Source: Leucoraja ocellata (taxonomy: Eukaryota). From it: DNA of 64,000 bases. The notes under the pieces were generated by a model. That model searched no databases, had not been told where the DNA came from, and was given only the letters and a program-made list of their open reading frames with translations. Numbering within the stretch: position 1 is the first letter of the stretch; every line of letters starts with the position of its first letter. The DNA is taken from positions 1,302,001 through 1,366,000 of the forward strand of contig JAWMAR010000030.1 in the NCBI GenBank assembly GCA_036785375.1. Reading direction: 5' to 3'. Of the stretch, positions 1-12,869 are shown one piece after another. The translations under genes and the position numbers were made by a program.

Positions 1-176
1 AGCCTAATGGGTCTATAAACAGTACACAAAGATAATATATAATAATTAAAAATTCAATAAATTAATTTGTAGCTTTTTGATTAACAGCATCAATAATCAT
101 CAAATCATATACAGCTTCATTAACACATGAGCAAAAGGTCTATATTTTTATAAAGATAATAAAGATTCATACTTAC

Positions 177-368
177 TACATCTGGCACACATTGATTGGC
201 AGGCTTTCGAGGATCCAAAGAAATCCCGGTTTCCACAAGCAACTCCTGGTTTGCAGCAGCAATTTCTGTTTCAGCTTCGATTCGCATTTGAAGAGAATGC
301 AGGCTCTCATCAGGTTCAATCAAAAAGGAATGAACCCGGGCAGAAGTCATATTTAATATATGAACAAA
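177..368 (-). CDS. CHUK: CHUK/IKK-alpha coding exon 10 (ubiquitin-like domain); gene continues beyond the left window edge
   Basis: Translates FVHILNMTSARVHSFLIEPDESLHSLQMRIEAETEIAAANQELLVETGISLDPRKPANQCVPDV. This matches IKK-alpha (IVHILNMTSAK...DESLHSLQ...ETGISLDPRKPASQC) much better than IKK-beta. AG acceptor at 370-369, GTAAGT donor from 176; 192 nt. Confidence 0.96.
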
Positions 369-2554
369 CTGTGAGAAAGATGAAACAACACTTTCAGATT
401 TTTTTTTAATTAATTCTAACAGTCCCATACACTTCTCTTAACAGAAATGTATCCAGTCTACTTTAAACTGTTTTACCATTGGTGAAATGGATCGCCAGTA
501 AAACCATAACTGGCTTCTTGCCCCTTTGTTGGGTCAAGAGCTTCAGGCCTCTGCGCTCGTCAATTTGTGATTTTTCTATTTAAGCTGCAAATATAAACCT
601 GCCAAGTGAAAAGTAGAAAATCTTATTCAGAAATTCATGCCATACTTGAATTGTATGGAATTAACCACAAGAGGGCACTCTAAAACAAATGAAGGCCACT
701 TTGTCTACGCAGTTCCTTTTAAACACTCGAAAGCAAATATTGTTTCCAAGGTGTTACTGAATTTGAGGCACTACATTATTTTTCTACAAAAAACCTTCCA
801 ATAATATTTTGAGCTGAATTTAAAACACAAAGACGACAGGCAAATATTTAAAAGCTCAGCCACAACCAACATGTCAACGGTGGATTAGTAAGAGCTAGAA
901 ACATCATTAGGTTCATGATAGAAAACTTAGCCCTTTGCTACCGTCAGAGTTGATGTCGTTCATGAGGCATTAACCAGTCTGTTTTCCATGGAACATGCCA
1001 CAAAACTATTTCAGAGAAGTTTGGGGCACTTAACCTTCATGACTTGCTCAATGAACATACAACATCAGTGAAACATTTCACCTAGGGAGCTTGCTATGTA
1101 CACGTTAACTGTAATGTTTTAATGTGACAATGACGACTGGATTCTGAAATAAAAAAGCTAGAAATACTCAGAACATCCAGCATCTCATGAAGAAAAAGCA
1201 AGTTAACATTACAAACTAATGAACTTTCATCAGAATTATTGAGTTCAATGTTAAATTCTGAGGATTGTAACATACCTAAAATAATACATGCTATTAGTCG
1301 ATCTACTGGTGTGTATCATTGGAACAGTGTAAGAGGCCAAGAATAGTCATCAGAGTGGGGGTAGGATGGAAAATTAAAACCACAGGAGACTGGAAGCAGG
1401 TCACTTGAGTACCAGGAGTTTCTGCCAAGTAGTTCTTCAATCTGCATATAGCAAATACAGAAAGTGCTGGAAATCAGCATGTCAGGCAGCATCTCTAGAG
1501 CATATAGACATGCAAGGTATTGGATTGGGATTCTTCTTCAGACTTCTTTAGTCCAAGCAATATAGAGACCATTTCAGGGCACTGAAACTGGGGCATGAAA
1601 TGAAAAGGGGACAAGTGAATTGCTGCTCCACTTGTAGGGCTTTTAAGGTCTTAGAGCATTGTAGGAGGTAAACAGTAGGTATTTCATCTCTTGTGGATAG
1701 ATGAAGGGGATTTGACAGAGTTGAACGATTGAACTGGTATTTGTGAAGGGAATAGTTCTTCCAGAATGCTGGAAGAAGAGGTGAATTAGAGAGGAGATGT
1801 CTAGTGGTGCCATCACACAGTGGTGGTAATTATGAAGGATGATTTAGTGAATTTGGAGTCTGGCGTTGTGGAAGAACAGGAGAAGAGTGAAAGCACAAAT
1901 GTAGGTAATTATTAAGAGCCGGTCCACTATAGTACAGCAAAAGCCCCTTTTAAGGCAAAAGAAAAACACCTCAGAAGTACTAGTGTGGAAGTGTCACGAT
2001 AGGAATACAATGGAACCAAGAAAACTGGCCAAACTTAGAAGGAACCCTTACAAGAGCCAAAATGGAAAGATGTATACCGTGTAGATTAGTGGTCTGTAGG
2101 TTTGTAATGAATATTGCTCACAAGACTATTTCACCAAGATTTCAAATAAAAGCCTGTCGGAAATCAGCAGTAGAAGTGATGATACATTTGAGTTCTATGT
2201 GGGAACAGGACACACATTTATTGCAATGTACTGAAAAAAGGAAGAAAGGAACTGGCTCAGTTCAGACAGAAAGAAGGATCTGTGCATGTATAGTTCAGAT
2301 CTACATGCTCATAACTATGACTGACTTGGTAGAAGTGAGTGGAATTAAGGGAAAATATGTTCAATGCAAAAACAAATTCAGCTGTAAGTTAATAAATTAA
2401 TACGAGATAGTAGAATTAGGCCATTTGGCCTGACATCCATACTAATCAACAATCCCGACACCCATACTAATCAAGAATATATCTATCTCTGCCTTAAAAA
2501 TATCCTTTGACTTGGCCTTCACTCTTTCAACTGGCAACCATACAATATTTGCTC

Positions 2555-3005
2555 CATAGTATGATGAAGGGCCTCAAACCGAAACGTCACCCATTCCTTC
2601 TCTCCAGAGATGATGCCTGTCCCGCTGAGTTACTCCAGCATTCTGTGTCTATCTTCCATATTATCTTTCATTGTATTCACCCTATCACAGACGTTCCCTT
2701 GTTTCTTCCACCACCACATCCCTCTCTGAAGCGACCAGTCTGAAGAAGGGTCTCGACCCGAAACGTCACCGATTCCTTCTCTCCAGAGATGCTGGCTGTC
2801 CTGCTGAGTTACTCCAGCTTTTTGTGTCTATCTTAAGTTTAAACCAGCATCTGCAGTTCCTTCTGACACCTCTCTACAACTTATTCTGTATTTAACTTTT
2901 CCTAATTCTGATGAAAGGCTATCGACCAAAAATGTCATTGTCTCTCTCTGTCAGGTACACCCTAATCCAGCATTCTCCGTGATTTCAGATTTCCAGCATC
3001 TGAAG
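2555..3005 (+). mobile_element. Tandem Penelope-type pLTR remnants (three copies) carrying minimal hammerhead-like cores
   Basis: Repeated unit CTGAAGAAGGGTCTCGACCCGAAACGTCACC...TCTCCAGAGATGCTG...GCTGAGTTACTCCAGC. Related copies at ~14365, 14555-15055, 16480-16885, 17720-17925, 51855-52200, 59200-59290 and 62895-63020. Confidence 0.6.
2738..2769 (+). ncRNA. Minimal hammerhead ribozyme-like motif
   Basis: GT-CTGAAGA-A-GGGT(CTCG)ACCC-GAAA-CGTC-AC: core boxes CUGANGA and GAAA flank a 4-bp helix II, followed by a GUC triplet. Helix I is only 2 bp and helix III is vestigial and palindromic (ACGT). Confidence 0.55.
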
Positions 3006-3647
3006 TTTACTTTGCAACCATTAAAGTACTGCAGTCAAAATGCAAAGTGATTTTTGTTATTCTGAGAATGTGAAAGGAATTATTCTATTTTCTTGAAAAA
3101 ATATAATTATTGATCGATCAAGTTTTACTTTGGGATCAGGTTCCAACAGGGTGAACTCCTCATTGCTGAAGGAAGAGATTAGGTAACAGCCGTCAGATCC
3201 CTACACACCCTGGCCAGTTTCACTGAATATTCTTCATTCCACACAAATGTTTTGGGCCAACAGAAATAATTATGGTTAACTTTAATTGATTAAGAAATAT
3301 ACTGAGAGATGAAAAAAACAAATAAAGAAAAATGACAGACAATTCAAATACATTTAACCCCAAAAACTTTCTGAACGTGTTCAAATTCATATGCATTAAA
3401 TGACATGTACTATGATGATATATTTGATAAAATAAAATGTTTTGTGCAGTCTTCATACTTTAAAGAAATGTGCAGCAAGACATTCACAATAAAATATAGC
3501 AATTCTGTAGAAACTATCTTGACATTCCTTTTAATTGTAATTCTGAATTTATTATATTGTCTTTCAAACATGTGTTTTATCAGAGATTTCAATAAATTAA
3601 ACATGTCATATGACACTACACTAACCAATATTTATGGTATAACCAAC

Positions 3648-3783
3648 CTTCTGACTTAAAATCTGCTCCAGGAGCGTGAAGCAGGCTAGTCGATTTGTGT
3701 TTGGATCTACATTACCACCCCGTTGTTTTGGATCCCAAACCAACATCATTTGCAGCCATGTCTCCAATGGTTTTACCATTAAG
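3648..3783 (-). CDS. CHUK: CHUK coding exon 9 (end of kinase domain)
   Basis: LMVKPLETWLQMMLVWDPKQRGGNVDPNTNRLACFTLLEQILSQK; 136 nt; CAG acceptor and GT donor; phase fits both neighbouring exons. Confidence 0.95.
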
Positions 3784-3844
3784 CTGCAAAACAAAACAAA
3801 ACCATTCAAAAATGAAATAGTCGCAGTGAACTCCCCATCATGGG

Positions 3845-4055
3845 AAGGGGGGTGAGTGTATGGAACAAGCTGCCAGAGGAGTTAGTTGAGGCTGGGACGA
3901 TCCCAACGTTTAAGAAACAGTTGGGCAGGTACATGGATAGGACAAGTTTGGAGGGATATGGACCAAACGCTGGCAGGTGGGACTAGTGTAGCTGGGACAT
4001 GTTGGCTGGTGTGGGCAAGTTGGGCCAAAGGGCTTGTTTCAACACTGTATCGCTA
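3845..4055 (+). mobile_element. CR1-type LINE 3' end fragment
   Basis: GTATGGAACAAGCTGCCAGAGGAG...TTTAAGAAACAGTT...GGAGGGATATGGACC encodes the WNxLP...FKxxLD...GYG C-terminus of CR1 ORF2. A near-identical fragment lies at ~62260-62460. Confidence 0.75.
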
Positions 4056-4803
4056 TGTAATTATCACAATTTATGTCTGAAGAAAAGTCACAGAGGTGAA
4101 ACGTTAACGGTTTCCCTTTCACAGATGCTGCCTGACTGCTCAGTGTATCAGCCTTTTTAAAAAAAAAATTGTGACAATTACATCGTAATTATGTGAGTTA
4201 TTATTTGACCAGACCCTGGAAAACATAAGATTCCATGTTGCCTGGTGACTAACATACATTTACTGGGGAAGATTCCAGCCGTTGGTCACTTCACAGAACT
4301 AAAAATTGATCACAAAATACAAAGTGCTGGAGGAACTCAGATGTTCAGGCAGCATCAGTGGAGGGAATGGAAGGTGATGTCATGGGTGGAGACCATTCTT
4401 CAGACAGTATCTGGGGAGAGGACAGGCCAGAAATATCGTCTCTCCATTCCCTCACCAGAAGCTGCCTGACCCAATGAGTTTCTCCAGAACATTGTGTTTT
4501 GCTCAAGATTCCAGTATTTGCAGTGCACTTGGTCATATAGGCATTCCAGCGTCCATTTCTGCATCACTGCATTATATTTGGCTAGGATAAAAGTATTCCA
4601 GGTCCTTGTTCTCCCTCCCCCGTGATTGCATAAGTCACCTGAATTCCTCTTTGCTCGTTTTACAACTGTCCACCCTGGGTTACATAATCCTGCATTTCAC
4701 AAGACTGAAGTCATTGAGATTTTAAAAATGTCACGAGACAACCAAATTTCAGCGAAATTTAAGTAGTTAAAGATGCAAAATTCCTACAGGTAAAAATACT
4801 CAC

Positions 4804-4911
4804 GTGCTAAGGCCATTGGGCTGTGGCAAATTTGGGGAGAACCGTACTTCACCATTCATCTCTTCAACAGCCATAATGTCATATTGGCCCTTAACTCTAA
4901 CTTTGTCTTGC
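4804..4911 (-). CDS. CHUK: CHUK coding exon 8
   Basis: QDKVRVKGQYDIMAVEEMNGEVRFSPNLPQPNGLS; 108 nt; TTTCAG acceptor, GTGAGT donor. Confidence 0.94.
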
Positions 4912-5838
4912 CTGAAAGGAAGTGTATTTTCATGATTAATTTCTCCACAGCAATAAATGTCAAAATATATTATAATCCATTTTCTATAAATAAATGGTAA
5001 TCCTCGAAGCTATATTCCACAGATCTTTAGCAAGCAACGAGGAACTGAACACGTTTAGATATAATTCAGCATTAATTTAATTAAAATGATAAACAGAGCA
5101 CATGATTTTCTTTTAAACAAAAAAACTAGTTTTTATTTCCTGTATAAGGCTCATCATTCAGTTGAGTCCACTTGTCCACAAATCTTTATAATTTTAACCA
5201 AGACCCTTTACAATTACAAGCTCCAATCAATTCCACAATCTGGCCAGTGCTTACTGTTGTGTATATAATTTTAACAGTCCTTTATTGTAAATTTACATCC
5301 TATAAATACTGAGTGGCAAAATACGTATTTTTAAACTAGAACGATGATATTATAAGGGATGCTGCAAACAATATAAAGAAAATCCAAGACAAAGGTAAAG
5401 AATATCATTACCCTTCCCTTACAAGGGAAGTAATGAAAAGAGAATGTGAGAATAAGAATACTACAGAAAACCTTCCACCATCGGGTAGCTAATATTAAAC
5501 TGACCAGTGAGTGTGAAATGTCTGGAACCCTTTGAGGAACATCTTGTTGTTGCAATGGGAAATGTGGATATTTTGTGTAGTTTAACTAAAATGGGAATTT
5601 AATCTTCATCTATGATTATCTTCTGATTTAAAAAAAAGATTATGGTTCGCAAAATCTGATTTTAATTCTGTGATCTTGATTATAATCCAACAATGGATTA
5701 TTTTTCATTCCACCTGATTAAAGATGATAAGAGAAGAAATCCATTAGAGTCCCCAATGCACTCATTCTAACATCCTCTCTTTGTAAACTGTAAATGTGAT
5801 TTATGCATTGAATAGGGAAGCAAAAACAGTCTACTTAC

Positions 5839-5963
5839 GATTGGAAAGGCTGCATATTATGTAAAAATGGTCGAAATCCTGAGATGCACTCAAATACTAG
5901 TGTTCCAAAGCTCCAGTAGTCTACAGTGACTGTGTAAGATTGTGATTCAAATAACTCCGGTGC
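5839..5963 (-). CDS. CHUK: CHUK coding exon 7 (APE motif, subdomain IX)
   Basis: [41 protein letters not shown]; 125 nt; TAG acceptor, GTAAGT donor. Confidence 0.96.
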
Positions 5964-6896
5964 CTAGAAGGAAGGTAACAATATTGTCTAATGAACAAGT
6001 CTATTTGGTTCTCAATATAATAAAGAATGAGAAATTGAACCAATATTGCGCACTGACATGCACATTAACTCAAAAATGTTTGATACTCATCTTTCTATGG
6101 CACGTATGAGAACAGCTAGGAACTACATAACATTGTAGACAAACCTTGACTGGTTGACAATTATTAAATTTTCGAGCAGATTGTGTTATAAATGGCAATA
6201 ACAATTTTTAGATAAAATCAACATAAAACAAAATGCAATAGTAAACATACCGGACATGGTTCTTTTCCACAATACTTACTTCAATAATGTATAAACATCA
6301 TTGGAGTTCGCCAGGTTTGATTCAAAAGGTGCACATTTATTATAGTGCACAGAAATTTGTTGCTTTAGTCAAATGCATTTTGCAAAGTTCAATCCACCTG
6401 CACAAATCTCAATAGTAAACTGATGTGATTAGATACTAATTATGGTTAAATGGTTTGAGTCATTAAATGGGAAGGCAAGCCAAATGTGGTCTTCAGGCGA
6501 GTTAGATCCACTGAGTAAACAACATAATTTAAAACTAAACATATCAAAATGCTGTTTTTTCACTTTTTTTGGTTTAAATTCAAATGTTCACATTGATAAT
6601 GGCCTTATATATTGATCATCTGCTGAAACTGATAGGACTGGAGAATTGCACTCAAGTGTTATTATAAAATGAAAACATTATATAAGCAATTATGGTATAA
6701 AAGTGCAAAGAATTTAATAATGGATTATTTTAACATACCTATTATATTTATTCTCACTTATAGCTATTTCCAGACGTAATATTCTTTCAATGACCATGCC
6801 TGAATAACATTTGCAATGGTACTGAGAGTGAATACATTTCCATGAATTACAATGTGTTCAATCAATCCACAATAAACAATGCAACAGAAAACTTAC

Positions 6897-6986
6897 CAGG
6901 TACTGTAATGTTCCTACAAAAGATGTGCAAAGACTTCCTTGATCCAGATCCTTTGCATAGCCCAAGTCAATTATTTTGTATATCAA
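6897..6986 (-). CDS. CHUK: CHUK coding exon 6 (DLG motif, activation loop SxxxS)
   Basis: [30 protein letters not shown], with both activation-loop serines present; 90 nt; CAG acceptor, GTAAGT donor. Confidence 0.97.
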
Positions 6987-8184
6987 CTGCAGTAAAAAAG
7001 ATAGAGTTATTCACTCCTTTTGCCAGATATTTTTGCAATTAAATATTTCAGAACAATTTCAATAATTTTTTAATTTTGTTATGTGGGTCGTCCATGCTGT
7101 CGTGCCTTTTACCAATAAAATGTAACTACTGTGATATTCTTCCACCATCATCTCACTATACGATCATAAGATCATAAATGATAAGAGTACAATTAGGCCA
7201 TTCGGCCCATCAAGTCTTCTCTGCCATTCAAGAAATATACAAGAAAACAAAACTCATATTGATGATAAAGCATTGATGGGACTGCAATTTGGCGAATGAA
7301 GTCAGTACTACTGCCACTGCAATCTTGTGTACCTGAAGAGCCTTTTGTGAAATTAGTCCCATAAAAATAAAAATATTGATAATAAGAAAAAAAAATAATT
7401 GAAATATATGTACGAGATCAGTTAAAGTGAATCACATAGTTTTAGTGATATAGTACACTGTTATATAATAACTCAGCAGTTCTTGATAAATGTTTGAACA
7501 TAAATGAGTTACATAGTTGCTAAGGATTATTTTTACATCCAAGGTTACTAGTACAGTAAGTAAAGTCTGGAAGAGTATTGTCTGCTCATCACTGACAAGT
7601 GCTACGGCAGGCTTCAATGAAAGCAACAGAGGCTGCAACTCAGCCCACACCAACAGGTACTCAGTCATGAAGTGAACCAGGAAGGGAGCCAAGCTTCATG
7701 TATTTCTGGAACGTTGATAACTAACATCAGGCATGCGAGAATAAATCACAGCCAGTGATTCCCTGGATACGAATAGACGTGGAAGAATGGAACGGAGCAG
7801 CTCAACTGAATAGTATAAAAGAGGTGCTATAGAAGAATGGTCTGGTACCTTGTCTAAAATGGAAAACGTGCCAATCTGTCTTTCATTCGACAATGTGTAA
7901 GCTGAGGTTTAAATATGATGGAAACTTATTGATGAGGTTTGATAGTGCATTAAAGCATCTTGCAGAAGAGTAAAGACTGAAGATGGTGCAGTAGTTGCAA
8001 GAAAAAAGGGATACAAATGCATTGTTGGGACTATTTGCAATAGAGGGACAAAAAATACATTTTGCTGATTTTCAAGGAAGAAAAGAGTTCGATGGTATTT
8101 GGCAATAAAGCATATATGCCCATTGTTCTTAAATTGTGTTAGGAAAACTACAGAGGAAAGAGCTCAAACATTTTTTTACTTTTA

Positions 8185-8295
<111 letters not shown>

Positions 8296-8584
8296 TTAAA
8301 TACAAAATGGTGGGTGAAAGCAAATTTGTTTTAAATAGAGAATGTGTGTTTTTGTCTTTATATTGACCAGATCACAGAATATTCATGAGATTATGAGGCC
8401 ATTTGACATTGGTTCTAAAAGAAAACAACCACAGGCTGCCATCTTTCCTCAGAGCTTCTAATTTTACAGTTTATTTTATATGAGATATGAACCCTCTCAG
8501 TAAAATTATGTCCTCCTTATGATGCACTGACCAGAATGATTCACAATAGGCAAGCTGTAGTTGAACAAGCATTGTGTACAATTC

Positions 8585-8860
8585 CAGTGTAATCTTGCTA
8601 CCTGCAAATTGTTTGCATCTGCTAATAAACAAAAGCATTCCATATGTCGATCAGCCTTCTAATCCATCCATCCTTGCTTGCTTGAAGGACCTATGGATAT
8701 TCACCCCAAGTTCTCTCTTCTCCACAATTCCAATTATCCTCCTATTTGTGGTGCATTCCCTTGCCTTGTTGCACCTCCCCAAGGGCAATGTGTTGCATAT
8801 TTCTGGGTTAAATTTAATTTTCCATTTTCCTGCCCACCTGACTAGACCATCAACGTCTTC
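8585..8860 (-). mobile_element. Old CR1 LINE reverse transcriptase fragment
   Basis: ORF 8651..8893 reads WAGKWKIKFNPEIC...RELGVNIHRS, resembling the CR1 W..W.M.FN..KC...RDLGV segment. Confidence 0.7.
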
Positions 8861-8909
8861 TGTAAGAAATATAATTAAATTATAAATAGGCATTTACAAA
8901 AATACCTAC

Positions 8910-8979
8910 CAACATCATGTAATAAGCTTAAAACTTGGCTTTCTTTAAGTCCACAGCAGTTTTCAGGCTTGCCCAGTAC
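8910..8979 (-). CDS. CHUK: CHUK coding exon 4
   Basis: VLGKPENCCGLKESQVLSLLHDV; 70 nt; AAG acceptor, GTAGGT donor. The KPENCCGLKESQ motif is typical of IKK-alpha. Confidence 0.95.
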
Positions 8980-9081
8980 CTTGAAACACAAAATGCAACG
9001 TTAGCGAAGAACCAATTCGTAAAAATACACAAATGAATATTCAAAAATTCTCCGACAGAAAAATGGCAATTATATTATAAA

Positions 9082-9445
9082 CTTAGAAATATAGAAACAA
9101 AGAAAATAGGTGCAGGAGGAGGCCATTCGGTCCTTTGAGCCAGCACCGCGATTCATTGTGATCATGGCTGATTGTTCCCTATCAATAACCCGTGCCTGCC
9201 TACTCCCCATATCCCTCGATTCCACCAGCCCCTAGGGTTCTATCTAACTCTCTCTTAAATCCATCCAGTGACTTGGCCTCCACTGCCCTCTGTGGCAGGG
9301 AATTCCACAAATTCACAACTCTCTGGGTGAAAAAGTTTTTTCTCGCGTCAGTCTTAAATGGCTTCCCCTTTATTCCCCTGGTTCTGGACTCGCCCAACAT
9401 TGGAGACATTTTTCCTGCATCTGGCTTGTCCAGTCCTTTTATAAA
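9082..9445 (-). mobile_element. CR1 LINE 3' fragment
   Basis: ORF 9200..9409 reads KNFFTQRVVNLWNSLPQRAVEAKSLDGFKRELD; degenerate (TAGAAACA)n tail at ~9082-9105. Confidence 0.85.
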
Positions 9446-9962
9446 TGTATATGCTTCTAGTAAAAGATGTTAAGTTCAAATAAATATATTATGAGTTGAA
9501 ACAAATTATTTAATAGAACATGGAAAATGGATGCACAAAAACACAGCAGTAATTAACATTCACAATTAACATTAAATCTTTTACATGGTTCTCAAAATAA
9601 ATTGAATATTCAAGTTGCAAAACAGGCAAAGATCTGAAGTTATAATGCCCATTTAACTGACAGTAGTTATGTTTTAAATGTATCCAGCACCAATTGAAAA
9701 ATGGCAGGATGGTGAGGTTCAGTCCAAAATCAAATTAGCATTGATGCCATCTAATGCTGAGATAAGATTGAGACACTGCAGCCTACTCTTGCTTCTATTT
9801 CTTGATCTTAATCACAAAAAGAAGGGTACACCACTTGTCTCTAAATACATGCAGATGTTTAGTACATAATGAAATTCTGTTAAACATTTGTAACTAAATT
9901 AAATTTGGATTAACCTCAAAATCGCACTCAGTAAAAGGAATTAGGATGACCTTGAAAATTAC

Positions 9963-10080
9963 CTTACGCAAGTTACCTCCTGTACAGAATTCCATCGCAA
10001 GTAGAGGGACATCATTAAAGGCAACACCCTGCATTTCTTCGGGAACTTCACGAGCTTTAACAACATTTGCATTGTTTAAC
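9963..10080 (-). CDS. CHUK: CHUK coding exon 3
   Basis: [39 protein letters not shown]; 118 nt; acceptor CCCAAAAAAG (purine-rich), GTAATT donor. Confidence 0.94.
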
Positions 10081-10391
10081 CTTTTTTGGGACAAGACAAC
10101 AGAAATGATCTTCAGACAACCCTTACACGTCAAATGTATTTAAATTTTAGGAGATAGAAAAACTGAGAAAACACAATTAACAAGTTTGTCAAATGTAATT
10201 CTACTATAGTCCTTATATGCAAACTGAAACAAAAAATAATCCCAACTGCAAAGCAATTCTTATCTCTCGAAAATTAAATTGCCTGAATTTTATACTTGAG
10301 ATTTAACAATACAAAGAAAATTGCCTATTATTGACAAAGGAGAGAGGAACAATTTGTTAGCAGGTTCAGTAGAAATAAGCAAAAATACATG

Positions 10392-10702
10392 TAGTTTAAT
10401 TTAGTATATGCTAGAGATATGGCACGGAAACAGGCACATTGGCCCACCGAGTCCTTGCTGACCAGCGATCCCTGTACACGAGCACTATCCTACACATGAG
10501 GGACAATTTACAATTGTTACCAAAGCCAAATTAACCTACAGACCGGTACGTCTTTGGAGTGTGAAGCATCCGGGGAAAACCCAGAGGGTCACAGGGAGAA
10601 CGTACAAACTCCATACACATAGCACCCATAGTCAGGATTGAACCTGGGTCTCTGGCGCTGCAAGGCAGCAACTCTACCACTGTGGCACCCCTGTGCCACC
10701 CT
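10392..10702 (-). mobile_element. tRNA-derived V-type SINE (HE1-like)
   Basis: Minus strand shows a B-box (GGTTCAATCC), the V-domain GGAGTTTGTACGTTCTCCCTGTGACC and a CR1-like tail ending in AAACTAAAT-type repeats. Confidence 0.8.
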
Positions 10703-11179
10703 TTATGGAATGTTCTGCCTTACCCTTGTGCTACTCCATGATGAAACATACACATTAATATTCAGACTGTAGCCACCAAGGTTCTGAAGTAGTCACAATA
10801 TTTTACAGAATCTTCCAGAGATTGGAACAACCTTATCCAGGTAAAACAAGATGTCACAACCTCAGTGAACTTGATTGGGAGACGGGAAAATCAAACTATG
10901 AATTTCCTCTAAGTTCCACCTTACCTAAAGGATCAGGTATTTTCAGCTTGCACACTGTCCTTATCCCCAGGTAACAAAAAATTGAGCACATTGTTCCCTC
11001 ACAACCTCTACCTGCAAAGATTTTCCTAAAAATCGTTAGTCAATGGTTTGTGCTGTACTGTATACAAATAGCTGGATACAAAATGGATTATCTGTGATGG
11101 CAAAAATGTTGTGAAATTTTTAAGCCAAGGTCCACTGCATCACTAAAGAAACTCCAGAGGTCTCTGAAAATATACTCAC

Positions 11180-11274
11180 TTTTTCATGATTTGAATCTCA
11201 TGGCACCACCTCTCCTTGTTTCTTGCACTCAACTCCACACGACAGGCTTTAACTGCAATCCTTTCCCCAGTGCT
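11180..11274 (-). CDS. CHUK: CHUK coding exon 2 (catalytic lysine, alphaC helix)
   Basis: [31 protein letters not shown]; 95 nt; TTCCAG acceptor, GTGAGT donor. Confidence 0.96.
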
Positions 11275-12259
11275 CTGGAACAGAGATGTCGATTTAGACG
11301 TTCATTACATAGTAAATCAAAAGGTAATTAGTTAAAGTTGTTGACAAAATTAATGACGAATCACAAATCTCAACAAACACAGTTACACTTGTTTCACTTA
11401 GTTCATTTGAAACTGGCTTGCAAATCATGTCAACTGATGTCAAATAAACATCTGATTAAATTATAAACTATAAAGTCTGTCAAATACACTCCAATGTTGA
11501 TTATTTGTAATGAAACCTTAAAGATGCAATGTAGCTGCCAAATTCAGTCAATTTACGAATAAACATTGATCATTTTATCTTAAACCAACAGAAAGAGACC
11601 TCTTTCAATTTCTACAATGCATTTGGCATATCATGCACTTCATTGTTGAAATACAAATCCAATAATAACAGAATTCAATGTGCATTAGCAACTAGATTGC
11701 AAAGAACAATTTTTTACTCTACCATCTTTCTGCAAAAGGCCATAAATAAAGTAATTAAAAACTCCTAAACTTGGGCTGATAAGAGTGAATTTAAAACCTA
11801 TTAAAACTTTGATGACTATGGTATGAGTACCTGTAACTGAGGTATGCAAATGGTAATGAATGATAAAAGAGAGCGAAGCAAGCAAATGAGGCTGAATTAT
11901 GAAAAAAAAATAATGTAACCTAGGAAAGATTAAGCACAAAGAAAGCATAAGAATTTACAGACATAAGTGGCCAACAACATGCAAGGATTTTAATAGGAGA
12001 ATTAAATTTTAAACTAGATCAATTAAGGAAACGTTATGTCATGTTAATGAAGCGATTGGGAACCTTTGATGCGGTCCAGTCTAAAGGCGACAATGCACAT
12101 ACTGGTTTTGGTAGCAGACAAGCCGAGGCAATGAGAACCATTACTGAATGTCAGCAAGATAAAAGGATTAACAGGTTTTTCATCTAACAATCACAAAATA
12201 ACACATCAGAGAAGATGGAATCAGGTTTATCAGTGGAAACCCTCACTTTTTTAGAAATA

Positions 12260-12869
12260 TAGTGCCCTTCATAATGCTTGGGACAAAGACCCATCATTTA
12301 TTTATTTGCCTCTGTATTCCGCAAGTTGAGATTTGTAATCGAAAAATGTCACATGTGGTTAAAGTGCACATAGTCAGGTTTTAATAAAGGCCACTTGTTT
12401 GCATTTTGGTTTCACCATGTAGAATTTACAGCAGTGTTTATACATAGTCTCCCCATTTCAGGGCACCACAATGTTTGGCACACAACAAAGTCATGTAAAT
12501 GAAAGTAATCATGTTTAGTATTTTGTTGCATATCCTTTACATGCAACGACTGCTTGAAGTCTGCGATTCATGAACATAACCAGTTGCAGGCTGTGTCCTC
12601 TGATGATGCTCTGGCAGGCCTGTATTGCAGCCATCTTTCGCAAGAACGATCCCAAACATACTGCTGAAGCAACAAGGGCATTTTTCAAAGCTAAAAAAAT
12701 GTCAATTCTTGAGTGGCCAAGTCAATTACCCGATCTGAACCCAATTGAGCGTGCCTTTTATATGCTGAAGTGAAAACTGAAGGAGACTATTACAAATCTC
12801 AAATTGTGGAGTACAGAGGCAAATAAATAAATGATGGTTCTTTGTCCCAAACATTATGGAAGGGCACTG
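12260..12869 (+). mobile_element. Internally deleted Tc1/mariner DNA transposon
   Basis: ~80-bp terminal inverted repeats (TAGTGCCCTTCATAATGCTTGGGACAAAG... / ...CTTTGTCCCAAACATTATGGAAGGGCACTG) flanked by TA at 12258-59 and 12870-71. Internal Tc1 DD34E fragment NDPKHT...[12 protein letters not shown]. Confidence 0.92.
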
